Position numbers and translations under genes: made by a program | In this document: one piece after another, positions 19,772 through 29,600 of the stretch | How positions within the stretch are numbered: the stretch's first letter is position 1 | Layout: each line of letters opens with the position of its first letter | Notes under the pieces: model-generated | What the model was told of the DNA's origin: nothing | The model's database searches: none | The model's input: the letters and a program-made list of their open reading frames with translations, nothing else | Source: a virus | Taxonomy: Duplodnaviria > Caudoviricetes | Direction: 5' to 3' (one strand) | IMG/VR virus record: IMGVR_UViG_3300021962_000103 | Location: 1-62,113 of that record | Length of the DNA: 62,113 nucleotides

Positions 19772-20833
19772 TTACTTTTCTACTAAGAATGTTAAATCTT
19801 TATCTGAGAAATATTCTACTACTCCATCTCTATCAACCTTTATTTCAATATAGTATTCACGGTTGGTTTCCCAAGTTGTAAGATTCAGCTTAAAGAAGTT
19901 ACCATTTGAATCGCAAGATACTTTTGAGTAATCACTAAATGGAATAACTATTTCATCAGTAACCACATCCTTAATTTGGTAATAGGTTGTTGATGGAAGA
20001 TATTTTACATCATTATATGCATACTGATTAGTAAATGTTTTAAGAGGATATTTTTCTCTACCAAATACTCTAATTTCAGGTTTACTACCAACTTTATATT
20101 TTGTCTTTAATCTCTTGAATGTTACATGAATATCATCCGAATCAAGTTCTGTCAACGAACCAGTTTCAAATGATGAGTCATCCCATCCTATTCTAATCTT
20201 TGGTTGGTATATTGTATTTGTTTCTTTTGAAAAGAATTTTATTTGACCATAATCAATTACATCGTTTTCAAATGAAGAATTATGTTTAATTATAAATCCA
20301 TTATTTGGTAATGAACCATCCAACCACAAATCCATTATATCTTTAACATCTAATTGTAAATCAGAAGATTGATAATCGTATGATTGAGATGTAACAGAAG
20401 AAGTGTACCATGTACCACCTTTACCATTATAAGAACCGGTTGAATCAGGTGAAAGTTCATCTGCAACTAACCAACTAACTCCGGTTGATTTATGATTCCA
20501 AGTTATACCATCTCCCGAAATTTCATCAAAACGAGTACCTGGCCCCATTTCCCAAGATTGAGATACTGGGTGTACATATAATGAATAAGGAATGGGTATT
20601 TCAGAGGTTTCAGTTTCTCGTAAAATCAATTCAGCAGAACTCATAATTACTTCACCAGTTACAATCGATGAAGAAAGTGGTGTTAAATTAAATTGAATAA
20701 AAGAACGGGCAACATCTTTTAAGTTTCCATAATAAGTTTTAGAAACTTCTAATATCTCATCCAAACCCGTATTCTGAGTTGGTTGTTGTAAGTAAATTGA
20801 TGCATCCTTTGATGCTGTTAAAAAGTAATACAT
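19772..20833 (-). CDS. Structural protein with DNRLRE-like domain
   Basis: ASKDASIY...NTGLDEILEV...RSFIQFNL...SAELIL...NNGFIIK...FFSKET...PKIRI. Confidence 0.65.
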   Translation of the reverse strand: MYYFLTASKDASIYLQQPTQNTGLDEILEVSKTYYGNLKDVARSFIQFNLTPLSSSIVTGEVIMSSAELILRETETSEIPIPYSLYVHPVSQSWEMGPGTRFDEISGDGITWNHKSTGVSWLVADELSPDSTGSYNGKGGTWYTSSVTSQSYDYQSSDLQLDVKDIMDLWLDGSLPNNGFIIKHNSSFENDVIDYGQIKFFSKETNTIYQPKIRIGWDDSSFETGSLTELDSDDIHVTFKRLKTKYKVGSKPEIRVFGREKYPLKTFTNQYAYNDVKYLPSTTYYQIKDVVTDEIVIPFSDYSKVSCDSNGNFFKLNLTTWETNREYYIEIKVDRDGVVEYFSDKDLTFLVEK

Positions 20834-22857
20834 TATACAACCCTCCCTTTAATATCTCTATTAGGAAACTTAACCTCAAATACTGATGGGTCTACTGATG
20901 GATATACCATCTTTCCTCTTGTTGCTGAACTAATATTATATGAATGTTTAGAATATTCACCTAAACATTTATTTACAATCTGGCATCTTGGTACTGATTG
21001 AACACCTTCAACTCCTGCAATTAATAATTCAACCTCGGAAAGATTAATCGCCATATTAAATGTCCAATTATCTATATTAAAGTATTCTTTAAGTTCATTA
21101 ATACAACGAGTTAATACTTCTCTTTTGTTATATCCACCATAAACCATAATTTCAAAATCTACACCGATGTTGATAACAAATCCATCTAAAAGATTTACAC
21201 CATCGGTTAATAATCTATATTCATTCAAATAAGTTTTTAAGTTTTCTTTAACCGCACGATTTAAGAAAGATAAGTTTTTATTTGAATTGTATCCTAACAC
21301 ATATAAATTAATTGCGAAAGGATTGTTTTTTTCATTTAAGTTATTTTTCTTACCAACCAAGAATTTTTGAACTTCTTGTTTAATTTCATCTTCGGTAAGA
21401 TTTCTATTTTTTAAATCAGTAACTAATCCAGTAAATTCTGATAATGAATCAGGATTAGCAAGAATAGATGCTGGTGAATTATTATCTAACTCACCATCGG
21501 GTGCACAATATGCTTTAGCGATTCCACCATATTTTGCTGGTAATGATAATGCTCTTACTTGGTAATCTTTACGAGTTACTGCTCTATTTTGTGAACCAAA
21601 GTTTGCCAATGCATTTTCTCTAATTTCTTCAATAGTTTCTTCACCTCTACCACCCGTTGCAGGAGTTTCGTTTTCAACCGCAACCGATGCCTTCATTTGT
21701 GAATACAATCTCAATTCTTCATTATTAAATGAAGTTATATCATCATCAAACTCAATTCTATCTACTTTTGTTAATTCACCTTTAGGAACATTTGATTGTA
21801 CACCACCACCTACTAAATAAGATACAGTAAGGGTTGTATTTGATGGTGCCTGACCATAAGTTGATGTTTTCAAAAAGTTAGCAGGGTCAAATGATGACCC
21901 CAATCTATTAATAGATGAATTCAATCCCAAACCAACATTTTTAAAATTTGGTATTAAGGTTTCATCCGATGTAGATGTTCCACCTCCAAATACAATTGAA
22001 GTTGTATTATCATCGTTAATTTGTTTTACAAATCTACGAGACGTTTTAATAAGTTTCAAAACATTTGATGGTGCACCTTGTACTGATGCCAAATCATTAT
22101 CGGTTTGTGTAGAAACTGGGTAATCTACATATACCATTTCTTGTGCAAGATATGGAACTTCGTACCACTTGTTTCCATTAGAATCACGAACATCAAAAAT
22201 ATCAATTACATCTTTGTCTGCAATTTGTATTTTAGAAAATTGTTCAGGAGAACCAAATTGAACATCTTGTGATTTTAAAGTTGCCGATATTGCTTTTACA
22301 TATTTCTTAACAAGATATAAATCAGGATTTCCCTGTTCATTTTTTCTATATATAGTAATTTCTCTATCAGTATCATCATTAAAATCTAATAACTCGGTTG
22401 TTCTGAAAGGAATACCTTGTGGACCAGAAACCAACATACCTTCTTTTATTCTAAGATAATAATTTGAATCGGGTTCATAATCAGTTGAACCACCACCAGC
22501 AGAACTAATTGATGGTACTAATTGATATACTGATAAATCAACTAATGCAGGCGAAGTTACTTTTGGTTTATATCCTAAATAATTTGCAAGTGCAATTACA
22601 TTTGATTTATCTTCTGCATACAACATCATTGATTCTTTCAATGAATCATCAGTATAATAAGAAAGGACATCACCTAAATATGATGCCATTTCTATGAACA
22701 TCATACCGGGAGATGACTCGTTGAAATCAGAATAGGTTTTTGGGAAATAAGTTTTTGCATACTCAATTAAATTTTGTCTAAATGAAGCAAAATCTTTATT
22801 GAGATATTTTATATCCCTACCTTGGTTTGATTTCTTTGTAATTGAATTCAGTGCCAT
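20833..22857 (-). CDS. Baseplate wedge subunit (T4 gp6 / Baseplate J-like)
   Basis: KDFASFRQNLIEYAKTYFP..YSDFNESSPGMMFIE; ATGGRGEETIEEIRENA..NFGSQNRAVTRKDY. Confidence 0.88.
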   Translation of the reverse strand: MALNSITKKSNQGRDIKYLNKDFASFRQNLIEYAKTYFPKTYSDFNESSPGMMFIEMASYLGDVLSYYTDDSLKESMMLYAEDKSNVIALANYLGYKPKVTSPALVDLSVYQLVPSISSAGGGSTDYEPDSNYYLRIKEGMLVSGPQGIPFRTTELLDFNDDTDREITIYRKNEQGNPDLYLVKKYVKAISATLKSQDVQFGSPEQFSKIQIADKDVIDIFDVRDSNGNKWYEVPYLAQEMVYVDYPVSTQTDNDLASVQGAPSNVLKLIKTSRRFVKQINDDNTTSIVFGGGTSTSDETLIPNFKNVGLGLNSSINRLGSSFDPANFLKTSTYGQAPSNTTLTVSYLVGGGVQSNVPKGELTKVDRIEFDDDITSFNNEELRLYSQMKASVAVENETPATGGRGEETIEEIRENALANFGSQNRAVTRKDYQVRALSLPAKYGGIAKAYCAPDGELDNNSPASILANPDSLSEFTGLVTDLKNRNLTEDEIKQEVQKFLVGKKNNLNEKNNPFAINLYVLGYNSNKNLSFLNRAVKENLKTYLNEYRLLTDGVNLLDGFVINIGVDFEIMVYGGYNKREVLTRCINELKEYFNIDNWTFNMAINLSEVELLIAGVEGVQSVPRCQIVNKCLGEYSKHSYNISSATRGKMVYPSVDPSVFEVKFPNRDIKGRVV

Positions 22858-22863
22858 TATTTA

Positions 22864-23295
22864 TTATCCTCGTATCGTAAATGTTATTTCTTGTGTATCT
22901 ATTTGGTTTCCAACCGTGAACTGAATATTCATATTGGCAATATGTCTATCTTTCATTTCATCGGTCATTTCAATATCAATTTGTCTGATTGTTATGTATG
23001 GTAACCAATAACTCACATTTTTTGTAATAGTTTCTTCTAATTTTGTTTCAAATTCATCATCCATTTGTTCAAAAAGTAACGCCTGTAATCCAGTACCAAA
23101 ATTTGGTTGCATTACTCGTTCACCTTTTTTAGTTAGTAATAGATTTTTTAAGTTGGATTTTGCTTGTTCAAATGATGAAAACGCCTGATTGAAATAACCA
23201 GTGTTACCTCGTTGAACGGGTAAAGTAATACCATAAGCGAAATCGTTAAATTCCTTGGTATCCTTAACAACTTTTCTATCTAATACATACGCCAT
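22864..23295 (-). CDS. Baseplate protein gp25/GpW-like (sheath initiator)
   Basis: NLKNLLLTKKGERVMQPNFGTGL..LLFE. Confidence 0.92.
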   Translation of the reverse strand: MAYVLDRKVVKDTKEFNDFAYGITLPVQRGNTGYFNQAFSSFEQAKSNLKNLLLTKKGERVMQPNFGTGLQALLFEQMDDEFETKLEETITKNVSYWLPYITIRQIDIEMTDEMKDRHIANMNIQFTVGNQIDTQEITFTIRG

Positions 23296-23297
23296 TG

Positions 23298-23906
23298 TTA
23301 CTTCTTAAACCTCTTTACTAATTCAGAATTATCTCTATTTAAAATTCTATCTAAACCGGGAAGACCAGTTGTTACACCAAGACCCCCTCTATTTGGAGTT
23401 GAACCCCCCATATCACCATATCCCATTTTTGCTGCCATTTGATTTCTCATTGCACCTAACCCTACTTGTGCAGTAACTGGATTATTAAATGAAATTGTTT
23501 CATCAATATCAGGTTCTGCATCCATATAATTTGGAACATAAGATTCTTGAACTGGTTGTTGTTGGAATTGGTCTAATACCGAATGAGTTCCACCTACCGG
23601 CCCTGCAACTCTTTGTTCTTTACTGAATGGTTTTGTTTGATTTAGAATCTCGTTAATAACTGGATTCTTTGTAAATGATTTTTTTGGTTGTTGTCTTTCT
23701 TGTTGTAGAACTTGGTTTGCCATTTCAAATGGGTCAACTTCTTCTACCACTTGTTTAAGTGTTGGTTGTTGTACATTTTTCAATCTACGCGAAACTTCTT
23801 CTTCTAAAATCTTAGGAAAGGTTTTAGTAAGAAATTGTTCGTGTTTTTTGGCAACTTCCGCTTCAACAATTACTTTAATAAGTTGTGCTAATTTTTTAGT
23901 ATCCAT
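23298..23906 (-). CDS. Hypothetical protein
   Basis: 202-aa Gln-rich ORF; ATATTTATA motif upstream at 23932. Confidence 0.65.
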   Translation of the reverse strand: MDTKKLAQLIKVIVEAEVAKKHEQFLTKTFPKILEEEVSRRLKNVQQPTLKQVVEEVDPFEMANQVLQQERQQPKKSFTKNPVINEILNQTKPFSKEQRVAGPVGGTHSVLDQFQQQPVQESYVPNYMDAEPDIDETISFNNPVTAQVGLGAMRNQMAAKMGYGDMGGSTPNRGGLGVTTGLPGLDRILNRDNSELVKRFKK

Positions 23907-23967
23907 TTTATATATTTTACTTTATTCTTAATATAAATATATCTTTTGTGGATTTTGGGTTGTAAAT

Positions 23968-23995
23968 AAAAAAAGGGGAGTATAATCTCCCCTTT
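23968..23995 (-). terminator. Intrinsic terminator
   Basis: aaaggggag-tataat-ctccccttt with flanking A-run. Confidence 0.75.
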
Positions 23996-23998
23996 GTT

Positions 23999-24424
23999 TT
24001 ATAAGTTAATCATTGTTCTGAATCTGAATGTATTTGAATCATCCCAACCTATTCTATATGTTACATTTCCCTTTGGTATATCTATTGCGATTGCAGTATT
24101 ACACCATCGTATGTGGTTAAATTCTTTTTGTACCCAAACTTTAAACTTATCAAAGTTATAAACTAATCTTGGTTCTAAGGTTGGTTCTTTCTTTTCAACT
24201 TTATAGTGTAATGGAACACTCAAAACAATATGTTTATCAACTTTAAAGTTGTGTCTATAAGTAAAACGATTTTCTTTTAAATCGGTTCTATGTCTCAGTT
24301 CAAATCCCTTGTGTTGGATGGCAAGATATGATTTACCATTTGTTCTCATTTCGTATCCTATTTTATTCTGACCGAATGCTAGGTTAGTGAATAACAATAA
24401 GATACCTATCAGTAAATATTTCAC
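23999..24424 (-). CDS. Secreted beta-strand-rich (outer-membrane beta-barrel-like) protein
   Basis: Signal peptide MKYLLIGILLLFTNLAFG; alternating aromatic/hydrophobic strands; 4-bp overlap with the transporter gene. Confidence 0.5.
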   Translation of the reverse strand: MKYLLIGILLLFTNLAFGQNKIGYEMRTNGKSYLAIQHKGFELRHRTDLKENRFTYRHNFKVDKHIVLSVPLHYKVEKKEPTLEPRLVYNFDKFKVWVQKEFNHIRWCNTAIAIDIPKGNVTYRIGWDDSNTFRFRTMINL

Positions 24425-25356
24425 TTAAAGAATAAGTTAATCATAAATACAATTGTAACTGAAACTATGATTCCTACCATTAATTTTGCAAAATCTTTTC
24501 CAATTAGTGGGAATACTTTTTTACTAAAACCTCTATGTAATGCCAATTCTCTACCGGCCAATAAACCTACGAATACAAATGTAGTACTCATTGGTAAATC
24601 ATTTACTTCTTTAAAATAATATAAAATTAACGCGTAAACCAAATCAATGAGTGTAGCATTTCTTACAAACTTTGTATTTGTTTTTGATGATAATAATTTT
24701 TGAATTTTACCCCCACCTTCATAAAACATAAATCCTAATACTACAACATAGAATAAAACAATTAAAGATGTTCCTAATAAAGAATGTTCTCTTGGTAAAA
24801 ATACTGCAATGTTAGCATGGTCATGTTGTAACCAAGTAATCCATAACCACCCCGTTGCACCCCATTGTGCCACGGTCCAAAACTTTGTCCATCTTTCATT
24901 ATCATATTTTTTAAAATACTTTTTATCAAAGTTAGACATTAGTTTTTGAATTAAAAACCAAATTGCATATGCAGATATTGCTGCAACTCCATACCCAACA
25001 AAACTTTTCATTAACATACTCTCCATCACAAATGATGATGCGAATACTGAGAGAACTAGAAAGGAAGTTGAAACGGGAATTCCTAAACGCGTTAGGATTA
25101 AAAGTGATAGTGGTGCAAGAGCATGATACCATTGTACTTCTTGAAAAGGTATTTTATCTAATCTACCATAAGATACATCACCAGTATAATGACCATAGAA
25201 GATTACTCCTGCCATAATCAAAGAAGCAAATCCCCATTTATAATACCATTTAACTGATTGGTTAGAACTTATCCAAGTTCCAAGAGTTTGTAGAGAATCA
25301 TTAGCGATAACTGCATATCCAGCTAATAAGAAACCCAAAAGTGCAAATAGTTCCAT
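24421..25356 (-). CDS. Inorganic phosphate transporter-like membrane protein (PiT/PHO4-related)
   Basis: Multiple TM helices; IANDSLQT and HDHANI (GxND-like repeats); GIPVSTS and LPMSTTF motifs. Confidence 0.7.
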   Translation of the reverse strand: MELFALLGFLLAGYAVIANDSLQTLGTWISSNQSVKWYYKWGFASLIMAGVIFYGHYTGDVSYGRLDKIPFQEVQWYHALAPLSLLILTRLGIPVSTSFLVLSVFASSFVMESMLMKSFVGYGVAAISAYAIWFLIQKLMSNFDKKYFKKYDNERWTKFWTVAQWGATGWLWITWLQHDHANIAVFLPREHSLLGTSLIVLFYVVVLGFMFYEGGGKIQKLLSSKTNTKFVRNATLIDLVYALILYYFKEVNDLPMSTTFVFVGLLAGRELALHRGFSKKVFPLIGKDFAKLMVGIIVSVTIVFMINLFFK

Positions 25357-25440
25357 AAGTTACTTTTGTTAGTTGATACCAATAAGTAAGAAACTATTTT
25401 TTTAAAGTGAGTAGTTTTATATTATTAAATTATTAATAAT

Positions 25441-26406
25441 TTAAGTGTATAAAGTTGGGTCTTCTTGTAATTTTTTCCAATAACCACAAAAATACTTTTT
25501 TCTATCTTCATAACCATTGTAACCACCATTAACTCGTTTGGTTACTTTCTTTAGGGTTTCAACTGAATCATCATTTGCAAAATCATTGAACTTACGAGTT
25601 TTCCAAAACCAACCCGCTGATTGAGCAACATAATCGGTTTCTACTAATAATGGGTCTGATACAATATCTTTAGAAACACTACCATTAAACTTAGTATAAT
25701 TTGCCCTTCCTGTCAATTGAATATATCCCCTACCTTTATATCGAACACCATCTCCAGTTTGAGTATTACCTAAATCTTGTCTACCTTCGTATGCCTTACC
25801 ACTTGCAAATTCTCTAACCCATTTAAATCCTCCACTTTCGTGTGCACATTGTGCCAAGAAATGAGCTCTTCTAATTGGAGTATCTATCCCAAATATTTTC
25901 ATGGCTTCAACCAATTTTGCATTAGGAGTTGGTAGTTTAACATCACCACATCCCTCAACCTTTTCAGTTGATGTTGGTTCAGGTTCTTGTGTATCGGATG
26001 AACTTCGTTTTTTCGGCGGTATTACTTCTGAAAGATTTGATATTGATACTTTACCACTTTTTATTTGGGCACCAACACTCAAACCAATACCAATTGATTC
26101 CATACCACTATAACCAGCTTCAGATGCAAAATCTGCAGCTGCAGATTCTTCAGGTGATAATGTAGTTGCCTCTTCAAATTCTTCGGGAGTTTGTGGTTCT
26201 TCTTCACCCACTTCAGGTGGAGTTACTCCTCCTTGAGTTGGAGGTATTGTATATCCTGTCCAAGTTTTAAATCCCGGTAAGGGTAATGGAGAAGGTGCTA
26301 TTAAGCCGGTTGTAACATACACACCACCAACAGTTGTTAGATGTTGTTGCATCTGTGCTATTAATTGGTCTAAAAACACTTCACTATTATCGGTTGGTCT
26401 TGCCAT
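25441..26406 (-). CDS. Virion-associated GH19 (chitinase-like lysozyme) domain protein
   Basis: AHFLAQCAHESGG; LGNTQTGDGVRYKGRGYIQLTGRANY; VTKRVNGGYNG. Confidence 0.9.
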   Translation of the reverse strand: MARPTDNSEVFLDQLIAQMQQHLTTVGGVYVTTGLIAPSPLPLPGFKTWTGYTIPPTQGGVTPPEVGEEEPQTPEEFEEATTLSPEESAAADFASEAGYSGMESIGIGLSVGAQIKSGKVSISNLSEVIPPKKRSSSDTQEPEPTSTEKVEGCGDVKLPTPNAKLVEAMKIFGIDTPIRRAHFLAQCAHESGGFKWVREFASGKAYEGRQDLGNTQTGDGVRYKGRGYIQLTGRANYTKFNGSVSKDIVSDPLLVETDYVAQSAGWFWKTRKFNDFANDDSVETLKKVTKRVNGGYNGYEDRKKYFCGYWKKLQEDPTLYT

Positions 26407-26408
26407 AA

Positions 26409-27623
26409 TTACGCAGTTTTATTTTTTTGAGATTGAAGAGCTTGTTTTCCATTTTCATTTAATCTCCAAAGAGCAATAGTATTGAAATCAACTTTTCGTT
26501 GTTGTACTGCATTCTGAGAGAAATCACTTACCCATTTCCATCCTGTCCAAACTTGAATGTGTCCATATGGTTTTCCATCGGTATAACCCATTACAATTAT
26601 ATCACCAACTTGCCATTTTGATTTATCGGTTATAAAATCTTTACCAACTTTTACTTTATCATTGTAATATGTCTTACCACCAACTGAAATAGCAAAGGAA
26701 CTTCTACCTCCACCAGTTGATGGATTTTTAAATGAGAACCAATCGGCATTTCCACTAATAGTTCCTAATCCTTTTACTCCGGTTAGGGCAACAACTACTG
26801 ATTGAGTTCCTTGTGGACAAAGACCATGAACTCCTTTTATATAACCACTTTTTAAATTACCATAGTTAACTCTTGGATTTTTACCAAGTTTGGGTGCCCA
26901 ACTTCCTGCAATTTTTAAAAGTTCATCTAAATTTTTATAACCACTTTTTAAATCAGTATCATTACCCGTTACATCAACAATGTCTTGTTCGTATAATGCA
27001 TTATCAATAATTTCTGCCTTTAGATTATTCAGTTGTGTTGCCCCTGCTCTTCCCATGTCATCAGTTGCACCCGAACTTCTAATTTGTTGGTCTATTTTAT
27101 TTAAATTTGGTTTTATAATTTCTTGAACTTCAGGGTCATTCTTATCCAAGGGTATTTTACTCCAATCCAATTTATCATAAGGATTGGTAGTATCTACGTC
27201 TTGTTTCGGTGGAGTTAAAGTTGTTTTATCAACTACACCCCAAGTTCCGGTATTTGTAATAAAATTTGATATTTGTGTTATGTGTACAAAAACACCAACT
27301 GGTGTAATTGATGGAAGTGGTGGTGGAAATAAATACATACTTGCACCAGACCAATATGCCTGAAATGCCTTTCCTAAATTTGTAATGATAGCATGTTCAC
27401 CCGATGATTGTTGGAATGCTGTATTTAAAACTCCAATCAATACTTGTTCCATCAATTCAGTATTTCCTTTTTGAAGTTTTATACCATTAATAGAATCAAA
27501 TCCACTTTTTACTAATACATCATATTCTTGTACCAATTTTTTAGCAAATTCTTCCTTAGAACCAATGTTTCTTTGATTCCTCATATAGGATAGCATATTT
27601 GATTTAAAAATATCGTATGACAT
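26409..27623 (-). CDS. Virion protein with C-terminal NlpC/P60-like (CHAP/Tae-like) amidase
   Basis: GLCPQG (Cys) ...GDIIVM...YGHIQVWTGWKWVSDFSQ (His). Confidence 0.7.
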   Translation of the reverse strand: MSYDIFKSNMLSYMRNQRNIGSKEEFAKKLVQEYDVLVKSGFDSINGIKLQKGNTELMEQVLIGVLNTAFQQSSGEHAIITNLGKAFQAYWSGASMYLFPPPLPSITPVGVFVHITQISNFITNTGTWGVVDKTTLTPPKQDVDTTNPYDKLDWSKIPLDKNDPEVQEIIKPNLNKIDQQIRSSGATDDMGRAGATQLNNLKAEIIDNALYEQDIVDVTGNDTDLKSGYKNLDELLKIAGSWAPKLGKNPRVNYGNLKSGYIKGVHGLCPQGTQSVVVALTGVKGLGTISGNADWFSFKNPSTGGGRSSFAISVGGKTYYNDKVKVGKDFITDKSKWQVGDIIVMGYTDGKPYGHIQVWTGWKWVSDFSQNAVQQRKVDFNTIALWRLNENGKQALQSQKNKTA

Positions 27624-27624
27624 G

Positions 27625-28887
27625 TTATTCAGTAAAGTTTTGTGTAGATAACATTTCTTTTAATCTTCTTTTCAAAGAATTAAATTCTGCCCTATTTTCA
27701 GGACCAATTGCAGTAGGACCTGAAGGTGTTTTATACACTTGTTCTACAATTAAATCAATCATTGTTTCCAATAACTCTTTTAAAGTATTTCCTCGTACCA
27801 ATGGTTCGTTTCCTTTATCAGTATTTGGAGATTTCCCACTTGTATTAGTATTTAAGAAAATTTTACCACTACCCGTGTTTATAGAAACATTAGATGAATT
27901 TCTATCGGTTGTTATTTTTACATCATCACCGAAATCTAATTCTGCACCCAATCCACCATCTATTGAAAATTTACCATCTGATATAAATCCATAATCACCT
28001 TTTGAGTGAAATACCATTTGTCCTGTCTTTGCAGATAAAACTATTTTACCACTATTAATTAGTAGATGGTCATCTCCTTTTAATGGATTTGGATACGATG
28101 AAAATTTATTAGGAGTAATTGAAGTTGTTGCCGTAAATGGTATTTGATGTTCTCCACTTGATAATACAATAGTACTACCATCGTTGTTTACATCTTCTTG
28201 AGTAATATCACCTTTTTTTAATTCACCTAAATTACCTTGTCTATTTCTAATAATAATTGTTGGTGAAAAAACATTACCATCATTATTATATCCACTAAAA
28301 CGAATCGATTGTCCAAATCGGGATTGAATAATTTTATCACCTTCCCAATTTTTTAATTTATTCACATCTTGTGCTTCAAAATAATCTCCTAATTTTACAG
28401 AATTTTCAGAAGATGTTGATGGTTGATTTCCTAATGGTGTACCTGTTTGGTTAGCCTCTGAATAATTTTGAGAGGATTTAGTTTTATCTTTATCCGGGTA
28501 TATAAATTTTTGCCGGCCACCACTTCCTGCATTACCGGTACTTAAAAATTGTCCACCAAATCTTCTATACAATTTTGTTCCACCAATATCATATAGTTCA
28601 ACTGATTCTCCTTTTAGTGGTAATTCTAAATTATAAGGGTCTAATGGTAAATAAATTGTAAGATTTTCATCGGGTGATGTAACATCACTCATTTTTCTTA
28701 CAACAACCCCACCTACTTTAGATGTATCTTTTTCAGTAAACCAAGTTTGTTTATCATTTTTATTAGTAACTCTTTCACTGGTATCATCTAAAATAACATC
28801 AACAACCACTCCAACTCCTAATGATGTTGGTCTTTTATTATTATTAGTTTTTGCAAGTGCATTAGATTTTTGTATTCTGTCTGACAT
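27625..28887 (-). CDS. Baseplate spike/hub protein (gp5/VgrG-like)
   Basis: GVVVDVIL; LPLKGESV; EGDKIIQSRFGQSIRF; LLINSGKIVLSAK; EPLVRGNTL; TPSGPT. Confidence 0.7.
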   Translation of the reverse strand: MSDRIQKSNALAKTNNNKRPTSLGVGVVVDVILDDTSERVTNKNDKQTWFTEKDTSKVGGVVVRKMSDVTSPDENLTIYLPLDPYNLELPLKGESVELYDIGGTKLYRRFGGQFLSTGNAGSGGRQKFIYPDKDKTKSSQNYSEANQTGTPLGNQPSTSSENSVKLGDYFEAQDVNKLKNWEGDKIIQSRFGQSIRFSGYNNDGNVFSPTIIIRNRQGNLGELKKGDITQEDVNNDGSTIVLSSGEHQIPFTATTSITPNKFSSYPNPLKGDDHLLINSGKIVLSAKTGQMVFHSKGDYGFISDGKFSIDGGLGAELDFGDDVKITTDRNSSNVSINTGSGKIFLNTNTSGKSPNTDKGNEPLVRGNTLKELLETMIDLIVEQVYKTPSGPTAIGPENRAEFNSLKRRLKEMLSTQNFTE

Positions 28888-29300
28888 TATTTTTTACTTA
28901 ATTTTTCTTTAAGTTCCTCCACTTCAAAAGTTAACTCATCAACCTTATGGTCTTGTTCACTCACTACTTCTTTAGCAGTTGATTCAATTTCTTTTAATAG
29001 TTGTTCCTTTTCCTCCTCGGTAAGGAATCCAGTATCACCTTCAGATTTTTGTTGTGAAGAAATGATTCGTTGTGCAATTGCAGCAAGTTTAATTAAGGCA
29101 TCATCATTCTTAACTGATGTATCTACCAAATCTTTTATGATTGGACCAATAACAGCCATATCTCCGGCATGTTTAATTACCTTTTTCATCTCAGCAATTA
29201 GTTCAGAGATTCTTTGTTTTTTATTTTGTTGATTATCGTAAATATCCTTAAAAAGACCCGAAAGGTTTTTACCAGGAAATAATTCAAAGTCCGTACTCAT
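28887..29300 (-). CDS. Hypothetical helical protein
   Basis: 137 aa; ATATTTATA motif upstream at 29323. Confidence 0.65.
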   Translation of the reverse strand: MSTDFELFPGKNLSGLFKDIYDNQQNKKQRISELIAEMKKVIKHAGDMAVIGPIIKDLVDTSVKNDDALIKLAAIAQRIISSQQKSEGDTGFLTEEEKEQLLKEIESTAKEVVSEQDHKVDELTFEVEELKEKLSKK

Positions 29301-29340
29301 GATTTTACCATATTATGTTGTATATAAATATAGTAAATGA

Positions 29341-29366
29341 AAAAACCTCACCGAAGTGAGGTTTTT
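29341..29366. terminator. Intrinsic terminator, possibly bidirectional
   Basis: aaaaacctcac-cgaa-gtgaggttttt. Confidence 0.8.
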
Positions 29367-29368
29367 AG

Positions 29369-29488
29369 TTATTTGAATTTTGAAATCAATTCTCTATTTT
29401 GTTCTAATCTTTTAATCAATTTTAATTGTGATTTTCTTCGTTTACCCCAAACTGTTTTTGGTGTATTGTTACTTCTACTTGTTCCCAT
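29369..29488 (-). CDS. Small basic protein (39 aa)
   Basis: Manual translation MGTSRSNNTPKTVWGKRRKSQLKLIKRLEQNRELISKFK; fills gap before terminator. Confidence 0.55.
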   Translation of the reverse strand: MGTSRSNNTPKTVWGKRRKSQLKLIKRLEQNRELISKFK

Positions 29489-29501
29489 AAACTAATTTCT
29501 C

Positions 29502-29600
29502 TTAATTTTTCTTTTTATACATTCCACTTTTTTGTTGGGCCTTTATAGTTTGTTTGGCCATCTTTTTACGATTTGCGGTTTTTCTTTCTCGGTTGGTCAT
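29502..29600 (-). CDS. Small basic protein (32 aa)
   Basis: MTNRERKTANRKKMAKQTIKAQQKSGMYKKKN; TAATG coupling with the upstream gene. Confidence 0.55.
   Translation of the reverse strand: MTNRERKTANRKKMAKQTIKAQQKSGMYKKKN

Noticed and set aside
25381-25440. Pho box upstream of the transporter
   Set aside because: AT-only repeats without clear 11-bp periodicity; indistinguishable from background
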